DNA of 64,000 nucleotides from Azolla caroliniana. Taxonomy: Eukaryota; Plantae; Polypodiophyta. Position numbers and translations under genes: made by a program. This document shows, piece by piece, positions 25,701 to 36,868 of the stretch. How positions within the stretch are numbered: the first letter of the stretch is position 1; every line of letters starts with the position of its first letter. Below the pieces are notes generated by a model that searched no databases, had not been told where the DNA came from, and saw nothing but the letters and a program-made list of their open reading frames with translations. The stretch lies in contig JBHGNT010000007.1 of NCBI GenBank assembly GCA_043228905.1, forward strand, positions 12,586,001 through 12,650,000, in the 5' to 3' direction.

Positions 25701-26880
25701 GGGTAGGTACCCTTATTTTTGTCTTCCCTCGTTAATTTTTCCGCCAATTTTGTTTGATATGCGCCATTTTTAGCCATGGGCAGCCCAATAACAGCGGGTA
25801 AGCCCTTTGCGCATTGAGCTGAAGAACCACTGCCGAAATGCGAAATGTGTGACCTCCGATAGTTACATCTAGATCCCGTATCAAACCAATAGGTCTTACC
25901 GAACTTGTATCCGCCATCCGGAGCCAAAACGGGCAAGGCTCCCATTCCTAGATTCCCAGGGTATTACAAGTCCGTAGACTAATCACGTTCACGCCTGATC
26001 CTCCATCCACAATCGTCCCTAGTAATTTGCGTCCTTTGACGATGGCGGTGATTGCCGTACTGTTCGTGTTTACCACTGTTGGCCCTTCTTCCGGATTTGA
26101 GAAGAACGCAGGAGCCGGCACCGGAATTGATGTAATCATTCCTGATGTCAGCCCTTCCGTAAACCGGGGCACTAGCTGTAATAACTGTCCTAATGGCAGC
26201 GTAATCTGACATTCTTGTAACGCTTGCCATGTTGGGTTTTCCGGCTGAATTGTGTCGGTGGCCCCTTCCGGTTTCTCCTTTTGTTGTTCAAGCTCCGCCA
26301 TATTTTGCCCATTCGCCTTCTTCACCCACTCGGTGGCTTGCTTTTGGATTGCCTCCTGTGTTTCCCACTCCGTTGTTTTTCCTTTTGCCCTGGTGGTGAG
26401 TTGTTGTATGTCGGCAACTTCTGCTACCACCATATTTATGGTTGGTCTTTTCTCGTAGCTTTTAACTAGGCATTGATTGCTATAATTTCCTTCTTGCTGG
26501 CAATAGTAGCAGTACGCTTTCCGGGTGTTGCTGGATTCGGCGTTCGCTCCAGTTCCCGGTTGAGCTCCTATTGGTGGTCGGTTAGGTGCTTGGTCCGATT
26601 GGGTACTCGGCGTGCCCTTGTCTGGCTGCCACTGCGGTCCTCCTTCCTAGCATTCCAATTTTTGTTGAAGCGTTTTTTGTTCCGGTAACCCTGTCGGGGC
26701 CGGTTTTCATAGTTGCCTTGATCCTCCCTCCGCTGGTTGTAACCGGGGGAGTGATCCCGGTTGTATTGCTCATAGTAATCACCGTTGTAATCCCGGTAGC
26801 TAACTTGCCGGTCTCAGTCGTGAGCGTCCTTTTTGTCACTGTTCCGATATCTTGTGCCGGCCGGTAATGCTCGTCTCGCC
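22800..26880 (-). pseudogene. Family A gag C-terminus and pol, copy X, degenerate
   Basis: ORFs 25948-26433 (IVDGGSG), 24688-25650 (QVFLDD), 24248-24709 (RH) and 23270-24130 (INT). Confidence 0.9.
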
Positions 26881-27299
26881 TGTTATTCTCTGACCGGACA
26901 AGGCCTAACACAAGGTGTCACGGAGACACTTCACCAAAGGGTGATTACGGTATAGGATTAAGATTCAACGATTACACCGACTTACGTAGGTTACACAATT
27001 AGAATGCTTTGGTTAATTACACGCGTAAGATATAACAGTAATTACGGAACGGAAATCAACACAGAAGTATAAACACCATATGCTCTATTAATTATCCGCT
27101 CCGATTACAATGGGGTCCGGGCCTTTAAATAGGTTTCCGGCCCGTAGTACAAAACGGTGCATATCGCACCTATTCGGGATCCGCCCGGATCTGGAACGGC
27201 ATACCGTTTCCAGTCCGTCCGTCCATACTATGCTTAATTACAACCATTCTTAATTAATTCCTTCACTCCGTATTTTGGACTCCTTGCCGGCCGGTAACA
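26881..27299 (-). repeat. Family A 3' LTR (419 bp)
   Basis: Homologous to the LTRs at 2279, 14090 and 38753. TG/CA termini. Minus-strand CCTATTTAAAGG TATA-like motif near 27122-27133. Confidence 0.9.
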
Positions 27300-27301
27300 C
27301 A

Positions 27302-27340
27302 TGGCACGCCCGTGGGACAGTACCTTGTACGTCGAACCCT
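27302..27340 (-). other. tRNA-3'-end-like structured motif at the PPT position (family A copy W)
   Basis: Minus strand AGGGTTCGACGTACAAGGTACTGTCCCACGGGCGTGCCA, then TG, then LTR start TGTTACC. Confidence 0.85.
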
Positions 27341-27351
27341 TCTCGGCCCCT

Positions 27352-30133
27352 TCATTGTTCACCCAAATTGTCCAAAATACTTTGTTCCAGAATTTCCACT
27401 TGTTCTTCCTGTTGTGGTTGTTGCGGCTGTGCTTGCTGCTGCTGCTGTGGTTGCGGTTGGGCCTGAGGCTGTTCCGGCTGCTCTATAGGCGACTGCTCCG
27501 TTTGTTTCTCTGACTCCGGCTGCTCCGTTTGACTGCTTCCAGTCCGGTCTCCTTCCAGTAACGGTTCCTCATCACTGAGGTTGACCGTAACCGGTTCTCG
27601 TTCTTTCTCTTCCCGGATCCGGGACCTCTCGTAGCTTTCAAACTGGATCTGCGCCTCCAGCCTGTCGTCGTCCAGCTGAGCTACAAGTTGCCGGACTTGC
27701 CCTAGTTGGTCATCTGCCAAGGCTTGAAAGTCTTCGGCCAGCTCATCTCTTATGCCGGTGAAGTCTTCGGAAGTTAGCATATAGCAATCATCTCCCTCCT
27801 TCCGCCGGTTCTCAACGTCGGCCCGGAGCAATTGGAGTTCCGCCGCGTTCGTGGCCCACTTGGTCCACCATTTGACGGAACCGTTGTCAATCAAGCTCTT
27901 GGTCTGGTTCAACCAGGCCCGCATGATATCCTGGATGCGACTTGCTCCCATTTGCGCTCTGCTTTCCACCACTTGTCGCTCCTCCTTCAACTGCTTGATG
28001 AGATTAGCCGTATCCTCCGCCTGCTCTCTGTAGCGCGTCAACTGCCCTTGATATGTTGTCTGCAGCCTCTGCAGTACCTCCGCCGCTCTTTCTTTTTCCG
28101 CCTGCTGTTGCCTGAGGAGCTCTGTCCGAACCTTCTCCGCCTCTTCCAACCGTCTCCTGGTTTCCGCTTGTTCCTTAGCGTATGCCGTTGCGGTCCGATC
28201 AACTGCTTGCGGGAGCTCATCTGTCCGTTCCTTGTGCTCCGTTTGCAACCGTTTATACTCCCGGTGCAAGTGTTCAAATTCCTCCGTTTTTTGTTTGAGC
28301 TTGCCGTTGATCTGGCGCTGGTTCCGGTCCTCCCGGTCCTTTACCTGCCGGAGTTCCTCTTTCAGGCGCTCTACTTCTGTTTCGGCGTTCCTCCGGAGCC
28401 TGTCCTTCTCTTGCAGCATTTTCTCCTTCTCCTCCTTGAGCCGGTCGTACGCTTGGTGGCCTTTCCGTAAGCTCTCCTCGGCCCGGCGTAGATTCTCAGC
28501 AGTCTTTTTGAGTTCTGCCTCCGCTGCCGTCTTCAACTCTCTTTCGCGGCTCCTCAGCGCTTCTTGGGCAGCTAGCTCATCCTTTAAGTCCGCAAGCTCT
28601 TGGGCTTGTGCCGCATTTCTCTCCGGAACGGTTTCCGTTGCCGGGGTCTGATTGCTATGTACAGGTTGATCTGACGCTTTATTCTGTACATTGCCCGGAG
28701 TCACCGGTGCTTGGACTTGTGTTGTCAAAGCCAATTGAGCCATTTCCCTTGTGACCCTGTCCAAGTCTTGTTCAAGGCTCCGGATTCTGGACCGGGCCGT
28801 CTCTAGATCTACGGTTGTGACGAGCAACCGTTCGTTGTGCGCTCTCTCCTCCGCCTCTATGTACTCGACCGCTCCGGCGATCTGCTTGCCTACCCACCGT
28901 AGCCACATGCTACTGGTGCCTTGCTGCTGTACTGGTCCTACTCCTTGGCCGCCGTGTGTGCTGGCTGGGCTCGCCGGCTGTTGAGTTCCGGCTCTCGCCG
29001 TCTCCGGAGCCGTTGGAATGACTTCTTCTATAGAAGCCGACAAGGCCGGTTCCATACGCACCGGTTCCGGTTCCTCCCTTGTGGTTTGCTCAGGTTGAGT
29101 TGGGGGCGTTTCTTCCTCTTGCGGGTACAAACGCTCCCCCGCTGTCCCGGCGGTCCTACTTCTTGACCGTCGTTGGAGGTGCTCTTCTGCCTCCTCCGTT
29201 TCCTCTTCCTGGGTAACGGCATGTTTCTGTGCCGTCAAGGGTTCCGGTTCCTTCTGTCCCAGTCGCCGTATGGTTATCTTAACGGGTCGGACCGGTGACA
29301 CCTCCTCCGGTTCTGGGACCCGTTTCTTCCCTTTCGTCGCCTTCGATGCCAGCAACTGCTGTCGTTTAGACGGGGGTTTTGAGGTGCTTCCTTCCGATAA
29401 TCTTGGCCGCTTCTTTGGCTGGACGGTCTCGACCGGCGGCACTAGCAATGTTATCCACTGAGCTACGGCATGCCACAGCTTCCGACCCTCCTTGCCGTCC
29501 TTTCCTCGTACCATGTCGATTGCCGCGCACAAACCGTCTGCAATCAACACCGGCCAATCCACCTTGGTCCCTTCATAGGTGGCTATGATCATCCCTGCCC
29601 GATTTTTTTGGCATGACAGGGGGTCGGGGGTACACGTGGCCGTACTCATGGAGCACTCGAGCTATCTCCCTGAATAGCGGATCTTCGCAGCCCTGCGTTC
29701 GATAGCCTTTGCCGGCAACAGAGTACTCACCGAAATATCGGATGAGTTGCTCCGAGGTTGGGTTATCGATCTGAAAGATACCTCCCTCTGGAAGGCCTGT
29801 TAGCGCACGGGTCGCTTCCTCGGTGATGACCTCTGTGGCGAGCTCCTTGATGACCCGGTCGGCTTCTCTGTGCGGTGGTGCCTCCATGATGGTCAAGAAC
29901 CCATCCAGTCCGTGTTGCCTGAACCATTTCCTGGCCGCTTCCGACAGCGTTTGTGGTTCCATGTCTGCTTCGAGGTCGAGGAAAGATGGCGAGGTAGAGT
30001 GGTGAAGAGAGTGAGAGTGAGAGAGAGAGCGTTCTGAACGCGGGGGTTCTCTGAGTGCAGGTTCGCGTTTGCTAAGCTTCCACTGCCTTGGTGCTTCTGT
30101 GCTTCTTGGCTCGCGAAAAAAGAAGGTCTCCAT
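27352..30133 (-). CDS. Family A extra ORF3: about 870-920-aa protein with a conserved N-terminal domain, long E/K/R/Q-rich coiled coil and conserved C-terminal block; one frameshift near 29605
   Basis: ORFs 29573-30133 and 27352-29649 join at an A-run. The other copies read MPKNKAG and MPRNRAG in frame there. Sense strand, between INT and the 3' LTR. Confidence 0.8.
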
Positions 30134-31047
30134 GCGCTCTTCTTTTTCTCTGTGCGTCTTGGCGCCTTTTTTCGAGCATGCGCACGTCGTGTACCGATTT
30201 AGTATTAAGTAACGTGGCGGCTCTTAAATGCCCACTACGTACCTTTTCGCTCCTTGCTTTCACGCCCGTTCATACCTCGATTTTTAATGATTTTTTTATT
30301 TTTTTTTATTTTTATTTATTTATTTTTAATGACGGTATGTGATCTTACACATCCGTAGGTCCCTTCGGACCCTTACCGTTTTCCTTACGGGTTGCCGTGT
30401 CTTCCTTCGCCTCTGCTACGGGTTCCCCGTCGTCTTTTTCTTCCATCCGTACCGTTCCCGGTATAGTGCCGGTGGTCTGCATAAACGGGTTCTTTGGCAT
30501 CGGTCCTTTATAGGGCTTTAATCTAAATCCGTTGACCCACTTGCCTAGTACTTCACCGGCCAGTGTCCCTAACTGATAGGACCCGTTGTATTCCCGTGTC
30601 AGCCAATACGGGCCTGTCCATCTGAACCGGAGTTTACCCGGCATCTTGCCCATCCTTGTTTGGAATACTAGCACCGGCTTTCCGATTTCGAACATCTTTT
30701 CATTACCTTTCCGGTGACGGTCAACGAACGCTTTCCGTCGTCGTTGCTCCAGTTCCATGTGTAGGATGCTAGCCAGCCGTTGCTCCTCCAGTTCACATAG
30801 TGCTGCTAGCCGCCTTTCCTCCGACTCCTTTTCATTCAGCCGTTCCCGTAGTTGGATCCGTAAGCTTGATACCTGAAACTCCAAGCTTATCCTTACCCCG
30901 CAATGCTTCTCAATGATTCTCAATATCTTCATCTCAATCTCTCTCACCATCATTCTCTCCACCATCTTCACTATTCCACCATTTCTATCTTCGTCATCGA
31001 TGATCATCATTACCATTAACCCTAACCCTAAAACATATAACACCATT

Positions 31048-31066
31048 TGGCGACCACGATGGGATC
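31048..31066 (+). promoter_or_regulatory. Primer-binding site, tRNA-Arg-like (family B)
   Basis: TGGCGACCAC... 5 nt after the LTR end (..ATAACA). Same first 13 nt as the family A PBS. The tRNA-Arg identity is recalled from plant tRNA 3' ends (..GTGGTCGCCA), not searched. Confidence 0.75.
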
Positions 31067-32803
31067 CCCCTTTGGAGATGGAGTCAAAGATGATACGCGG
31101 ATGTGCAAGCCATAGCGACTAAGTGCAGGAAATGGTGAAACGCGAAAATGACGGTGAATATGTTGGAGGAAATCTATGGAGGAATGCGAGAATGGCAACA
31201 ACATATGTGCAAATTTGCAGTTAGGAATGTGTGTGTGCAAGAAAGCATGGTGCGAGAGAACACCAGAAAGACGGAGACAAGTAACTAGAAAGACGGTCAG
31301 ACGGACAATGGAGCAAGAACCGACACAAAAACTCCGGTTAGAAGGGAGCCGGTGCTAGCACTATCGGAAAGAGATGCTCACCAGGAGACTGCGGAGGAAG
31401 ACGCAGTGTGTGGAGCGGAGGCCGGCAGGATGTGCTGAGAATGCACGAGACCGGAATCGGAAGTGTTCATAGTGTCCAAAAGAAGCATCGCAGAGAGAGA
31501 CGGAACTAGAACCAGAGTTGGTTAGCACCGAAGCGGCCATAATGGCCGGACGGCAGTGACAGTGACGCTGAAAAGTGATGGACGGAGAGACAACCGTCAA
31601 ACATTAACGATAGAACGACAACCGGATGATGACTGAACAAAGCGGCCAAGCGACGAACCTCGGCCAAAACAGACGGCCAACTGCAGACTGGTCGAATAAG
31701 GCTGACAAAGCCGACGACAACGACAAATGGAGACGATGATGACCGGACAAGGCCAGATAGACAGAGACGCCGGACAATGACGACAACCGACAACAACGGC
31801 GGGGCCGGACAGACACACACAGCAACGGACAAAGCGATAGAGATGGAGACGGGAATGGAGATGGACGGAAACCAATAGAGACAACAACGGAGTCGGCGAC
31901 ACAAAATGACCGGACAGAGACAGAGAAGAACGGGCAGAGACAACTGGAGATGGAGATGGAGTCGGCAGACAGGGCCGGACAAATACGGAACGACAGCCAA
32001 ACATCGGCCGAAGAGTGGAAGGAACGACTGGAATGTTCGGAAACCGGCCGGAATAGCTGGACAATGGATGGAGCAGTCGGTGCGACCGAGGGCAAGACAA
32101 GGCCGGAGAAACAAACAGACAGTCGGGACGACGAACCAAACACACGGTCGGAAGATGATGACGACGACCGGACACCGACTGAGATAGAGGAGAGGCCGGA
32201 GAGCGACCTAAGAGCGGTCGTAGTGGCCGAACGACGCTGAAACGGAAGAGGCCGGTCCGGACGCCGCCAGACAACGACGAAGACAGCGGGACGATGGCCG
32301 GAAAGAGACGAAGAGCGACGGAGACTACGGCCGAAATGCACAGCCCGGGCAACGACAACGGCCAGACGATGGGACATCGACACCTAAAAGCGACAAAGAC
32401 GATGACAACGACGGACATCAGGTCGACGGGTGCAGGAAGAAACGACACGAAATGACATAGAAGAAGGAACTAAAACACACAGAGAAGAAAGTGCAGAGTA
32501 TAGAAGACAAGGAACAGACCAGAAAATGGAAAGAAACGAGAAATGCAGAAAAAGACAAATTCTAGAAAGGAACGGAAGAAGAACTACAGAAGAAAACAAG
32601 AAGAACCAAATGAGGAAGAAGAGGAAAAGAATGTCAGAAGAAGGAGAAGAAGCAGAGTTTAACACCAAGAAGATGGAAGAAGGAAGCACGCAAGAGAAGA
32701 ATACTAGAGAACACAAAGAAAGAGACGTTGAAGAAGAAGAAATCAAGAAGAAGAAGAAGGAAGGAATCGGAGAAGACAGTTAGACAGACAGATAGAAAGG
32801 AGG

Positions 32804-35800
32804 TGTTAGGAATCAACCACACGATTAACCTTCTTCCCTCGGCCACAACCAAGTAAGCGCGAATCGATGCAGCAGAAAATAGGAACCACAAAGAGAAACA
32901 AAACGCGAACACACAGGGATTAACGTGGAAAACCCTAGACGGGAAAAACCACGGGAGTACAAGACTCCAAACCAACACTATACAGAGAAGTATACAATGG
33001 CGAGCTGCAAGGCGACGACCTTGAGCTCGCTGTCCTCGCCACAGGCGGCGGAAATACACAGAGGCGTCGACCTCTTCCTCTCTCACTCTCTATCCCTCTC
33101 TCTCTCTCACGGCTGCTCTCTCTTCACACCTCTAGAGTGGAAAAACAGAAAAATGATAAGCAACAACAAAACTGTTTGCCCTAAGTCATATTTATACACA
33201 TATGACTTTCGGGCTATTTACAAATATAGCCTCAAGGGCCCTTGGCAAACATATTCACAAATATGTCCCCGCATCCGGATCCGTATCCGGGTACTCTTCA
33301 TCCGGCTTCACACCGGGTATTCTTCATCATCCGGTTCCGGGCTTGCCGTCATTCATCTCCGGACATCCGACCATCCCATCCGAAAGGGACCGTAAACCCA
33401 ACAAACTCCCCCTTCACTTCGGCATGGGATGTCTCTCCAATCCGATCCTCTTCCGGCATGCTTCCAGCTTGTCGGGTGTGAGCACCTTGGTCAGCATATC
33501 CGACCCGTTCTCGTCCGTGTGGATCTTCGTCAGCACGAACTCCTTGTCTTCTATCCTTTCCCGGATCCAGTGGTATCTACGCTGGATGTGTTTCGTCCGG
33601 GAATGGTAGGCCGCGTTCTTCGCAAGGTGGATGGCACTCTGACTGTCACAGTAGAGTCGGTACTCCTCCTGCTGGATACCGAGCTCTCTAATGAAGTCCT
33701 TCATGGTACTGAGGGTGATCTATTTATCACATATGTCGCCGTCGACATTGCCTCAGCCCAAAACCCCTTGGGTAATTTCGCATGCGCCAGCATACTCCGG
33801 ACCCTCTCCATTATGGTCCGGTTCATCCTCTCGGCCAGCCCGTTCAGTTCTGGCGTCTTCGGCACAGTAAACTCGAGCCGGATTCCCTTCGAGCGACAGT
33901 ACTCCTGGAACTGCCCCCGGTATTCCCCTCCGTTATCCGCTCGTATCGCTTTCAGCTTCTTGCCGGATTCCCTTTCCACTCTCGCGTGGAGTTCTTTGAA
34001 GACGGACAACACTTGGTCCTTTGTCTTCAACGGCGCCGTCCACAGCTTCCTGCTGTGATCATCAATGAAAGTCACAAAGTACTGGGCTCCGCCATGTGAC
34101 TTCGTTTCTACCTGACACACATCCGTGTGCACCAACTCCAATGGTGCGCTACGTCTTGTCGGTGGCCTTGAGTGGAAAGAGGTTCGGTTCTGCTTACCGG
34201 CCAGGCAATCGGTGCACTTCTCCAGGTGCACATGCTTCACTGGGATGAGGTTGTCTTCTGCAAGCCTCTTCATCCCCTTCTCACTCATGTGGCACAGTCT
34301 CTTGTGCCACAGCTCACCGGCAGTGTCGGCTGCCACGTTCAGCTCTTCCGGACATAACCGGGCATTCATCAGGTACAACGTGTTGACTTTCCGGGCCCGA
34401 GCCACTATCAGGCTCCCTTTGCTGAACTTCATGACACCGTTTCGGATGCTACCCGTGTAGCCTTCATCATCTAGCCTCCCGGCCGAGATCAGGTTCAATC
34501 GGACCTCCGGAACGTGTCGCACATCCTTCAGCAGCATCTTGCATCCGGTTGATGTCATCAGCCACACGTCTCCTATGCCGGCAATCCGGCATGTGCCTTC
34601 ATTTCCCATCCGGACACAGCCGTGCTCACCGGTTGCGTAGGATGAGAAGTATTTCTTCTCCGGGGTCAGGTGGAACGACGCTCCAGAATCAACCACCCAG
34701 GTCATCTCTACACCGGCAAGGTTCAGCTCCCTCTCTTCGGTAATGAGCATGATTTCTTCTTCACTTGCCGCGAGTGCCATCGTTCCTTTCCGGTCCTGCC
34801 CTCGCCGATCCGGACCTCTCCGGTCCGTGGCTCCCCGGTATGCACCGTTTCTCTCCGGTGACTTCTTCGAATCGGTGTCGTCGGCTCCGTTGTCCTTTCG
34901 GTAATGCCGACAATTCTTCCGGAAATGCCCCGGCTTCCCACAGTGGAAGCATGTGGGTCTTCCTCTTGACTGCGACCGGGTCCCCGACTTCTCCCGTCTT
35001 TGCGGACTCCGGTTCCATTGTCTTCCCCGTTCCGATTCGGTAAGCAGCGCCTTTGAGTCGGAGGCCGGTTCTTTGTCTCTCCGACGCGCTTCTTCGTTCA
35101 AAATACTTGTCTTTACCGTTTGTAAGGACAAGTTATCTTCGGTGCAGGAGGTGCTGAGAGTCACCACCAAGTTCTCCCAGCTTTCCGGCAATGTACACAT
35201 CAGGATGATGGCTTGCATTGCATCCTCCAACGGGAACTTGATCGCCGCAAGCTGATTCACGAATCCCATGAACGTGCTTACGTGTTCCACCATACTCTCG
35301 CCGTCCCGGTACTTGAGATTCACTATCTTCCTCATCAGGGAGGTCCGGTTCAACGCATTCTTCCTCTCGTAGAGGCCCGACAGCTTCTTCCACATCTCAT
35401 ATGCGTTGGTGTCGTTCGCCACATGTTGTAGGACGCTTACATCGACATATTGTCGGATCGTCGCTACGGCTTTCCGGTTCAGGAGCTTCCACTCCGACTC
35501 AAGTACCCCCTTCGGTATTTCCGACCTGTCAATCGGTTCATACAGGTCCCGAACAATCAGAAGATCCTCCATCTTGATCTTCCAGTCGGCGTAATTCTGC
35601 GCATTCAGCACCATCATCCCCGGCTGCCCGCTGCCGCCGCCTTCCATTTTCTGCAGCAGTTCGCTCTGATACCAGTTTGTTAGGAATCAACCACACGATT
35701 AACCTTCTTCCCTCGGCCACAACCGAGTAAGCGCGAATCGATGCAGCAGAAAATAGGAACCACAAAGAGAAACAAAACGCGAACACACAGGGATTAACGT

Positions 35801-36277
35801 GGAAAACCCTAGACGGGAAAAACCACGGGAGTACAAGACTCCAAACCAACACTATACAGAGAAGTATACAATGGCGAGCTGCAAGGCGACGACCTTGAGC
35901 TCGCTGTCCTCGCCACAGGCGGCGGAAATACACAGAGGCGTCGACCTCTTCCTCTCTCACTCTCTATCCCTCTCTCTCTCTCACGGCTGCTCTCTCTTCA
36001 CACCTCTAGAGTGGAAAAACAGAAAAATGATAAGCAACAACAAAACTGTTTGCCCTAAGTCATATTTATACACATATGACTTTCGGGCTATTTACAAATA
36101 TAGCCTCAAGGGCCCTTGGCAAACATATTCACAAATATGTCCCCGCATCCGGATCCGTATCCGGGTACTCTTCATCCGGCTTCACACCGGGTATTCTTCA
36201 TCATCCGGTTCCGGGCTTGCCGTCATTCATCTCCGGACATCCGACCATCCCATCCGAAAGGGACCGTAAACCCAACA
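32804..36277 (-). mobile_element. Ty1/copia Tnt1/Tork-like element T2, both LTRs, 1.84-kb internal deletion
   Basis: 600-bp LTRs at 32804-33403 and 35678-36277 (one mismatch seen). TSD GGAGG. PBS TGGTATCAGAGC (tRNA-iMet) at 35663-35674 minus. PPT at 33406-33415. The deletion corresponds to 58397-60236 of T3. Confidence 0.97.
33701..35647 (-). CDS. Copia T2 gag-PR-INT(core), 648 aa, truncated by deletion
   Basis: Nearly identical to the first 648 aa of 56454-60527, with CFHCGKPGHFRKNC, DSGAS and INT core. Only an RH tail (33414-33704) remains downstream. Confidence 0.92.
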   Translation of the reverse strand: MEGGGSGQPGMMVLNAQNYADWKIKMEDLLIVRDLYEPIDRSEIPKGVLESEWKLLNRKAVATIRQYVDVSVLQHVANDTNAYEMWKKLSGLYERKNALNRTSLMRKIVNLKYRDGESMVEHVSTFMGFVNQLAAIKFPLEDAMQAIILMCTLPESWENLVVTLSTSCTEDNLSLQTVKTSILNEEARRRDKEPASDSKALLTESERGRQWNRSPQRREKSGTRSQSRGRPTCFHCGKPGHFRKNCRHYRKDNGADDTDSKKSPERNGAYRGATDRRGPDRRGQDRKGTMALAASEEEIMLITEERELNLAGVEMTWVVDSGASFHLTPEKKYFSSYATGEHGCVRMGNEGTCRIAGIGDVWLMTSTGCKMLLKDVRHVPEVRLNLISAGRLDDEGYTGSIRNGVMKFSKGSLIVARARKVNTLYLMNARLCPEELNVAADTAGELWHKRLCHMSEKGMKRLAEDNLIPVKHVHLEKCTDCLAGKQNRTSFHSRPPTRRSAPLELVHTDVCQVETKSHGGAQYFVTFIDDHSRKLWTAPLKTKDQVLSVFKELHARVERESGKKLKAIRADNGGEYRGQFQEYCRSKGIRLEFTVPKTPELNGLAERMNRTIMERVRSMLAHAKLPKGFWAEAMSTATYVINRSPSVP

Positions 36278-36556
36278 GGAGGGAAACGACAAAAGCAAGA
36301 GAAAAAGAAGGAAACAAGAAAAGAAAAAAGAGGGAAAAAGAGAATGATAAGGGGCATTCGAGGAATTTTGAAAACCTAAGGGCATCCGAAGAATTTCGAA
36401 AAACATGATGGCATTGTCAAAATTTTAAAAAATCAAAGGGCACCTATGAAATGTCGAAAACTCATGAACCTAAAAGAAATGGACGCGATCGACACACAAC
36501 TCACAAAATCAACAAAAGGAACACACATACATACAACGTTTTTTTGACGACCCAAA

Positions 36557-36780
36557 TGATGTTACCGAAGTTCGTGATCCGACAGAACGGGAATGTTCGT
36601 GTCGCAGAAGAGTCGCTGACCGACGAAGATGTTCGAGTCAAGCGCTCCGATCGAGGGAGTTGATCGTTGATGTTACCAAAGTTCGTAAGTCGACAGAATG
36701 AGAATGTTCGTGACGTAGAAGAGTCGCTAACCGACGGAGATGTTCGAGTCAAGCACTCCGATCGAGGGAGTCGATCGTTG
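36557..36780 (+). repeat. Tandem duplication, 2 x 111 bp, in the family B 3' region
   Basis: tgatgttacc...gagggagt.gatcgt at 36557 and 36668. Confidence 0.9.
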
Positions 36781-36828
36781 AAAGGACCGATGGAAGTTCC
36801 GGTCGAAGAAATATCATCATCAAGGCAT

Positions 36829-36868
36829 GTGGGATTGACATGCAAGGCACTTTCCCACGGGCGTGCCA
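36829..36868 (+). other. tRNA-3'-end-like structured motif at the PPT position (family B)
   Basis: GTGGGATTGACATGCAAGGCACTTTCCCACGGGCGTGCCA, then TATTG, then LTR start TGTTACC. Confidence 0.85.

Larger units (their letters stand above)
26881..30882 (-). mobile_element. Ty3/gypsy family A, copy W (INT C-terminus, ORF3, complete 3' LTR)
   Basis: LTR 26881-27299 (TGTTAT...GGTAACA on plus). ORF3 27352-30133. INT tail 30345-30882 (GKLRFRWTGPYW). Confidence 0.9.

Noticed and set aside
27302-27318. Reading TGGCACGCCCGTGGGAC as the ordinary PBS of a plus-strand element
   Set aside because: gag/pol, the LTR TATA box and a separate PBS upstream of gag (38745) all place family A on the minus strand, so this motif is at the 3' LTR.
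29595-29615. Possible programmed frameshift in ORF3 at an A-run
   Set aside because: The two other copies covering this site are in frame (MPKNKAG, MPRNRAG), so this is a copy-specific indel.
30345-31046. 233-aa ORF that looks like an integrase with a novel hydrophobic N-terminus
   Set aside because: Chance fusion across the A/B junction. The N-terminal ~55 aa are antisense translation of the family B LTR.
31361-32783. Several long overlapping ORFs on both strands (up to 283 aa)
   Set aside because: They arise from purine-skewed low-complexity sequence lacking stop codons and contain no domain motifs.
32925-33395. Repeated 156-190-aa ORFs (also 35799, 55796, 60460)
   Set aside because: Antisense translations of copia LTRs, repeated only because the LTRs are repeated.
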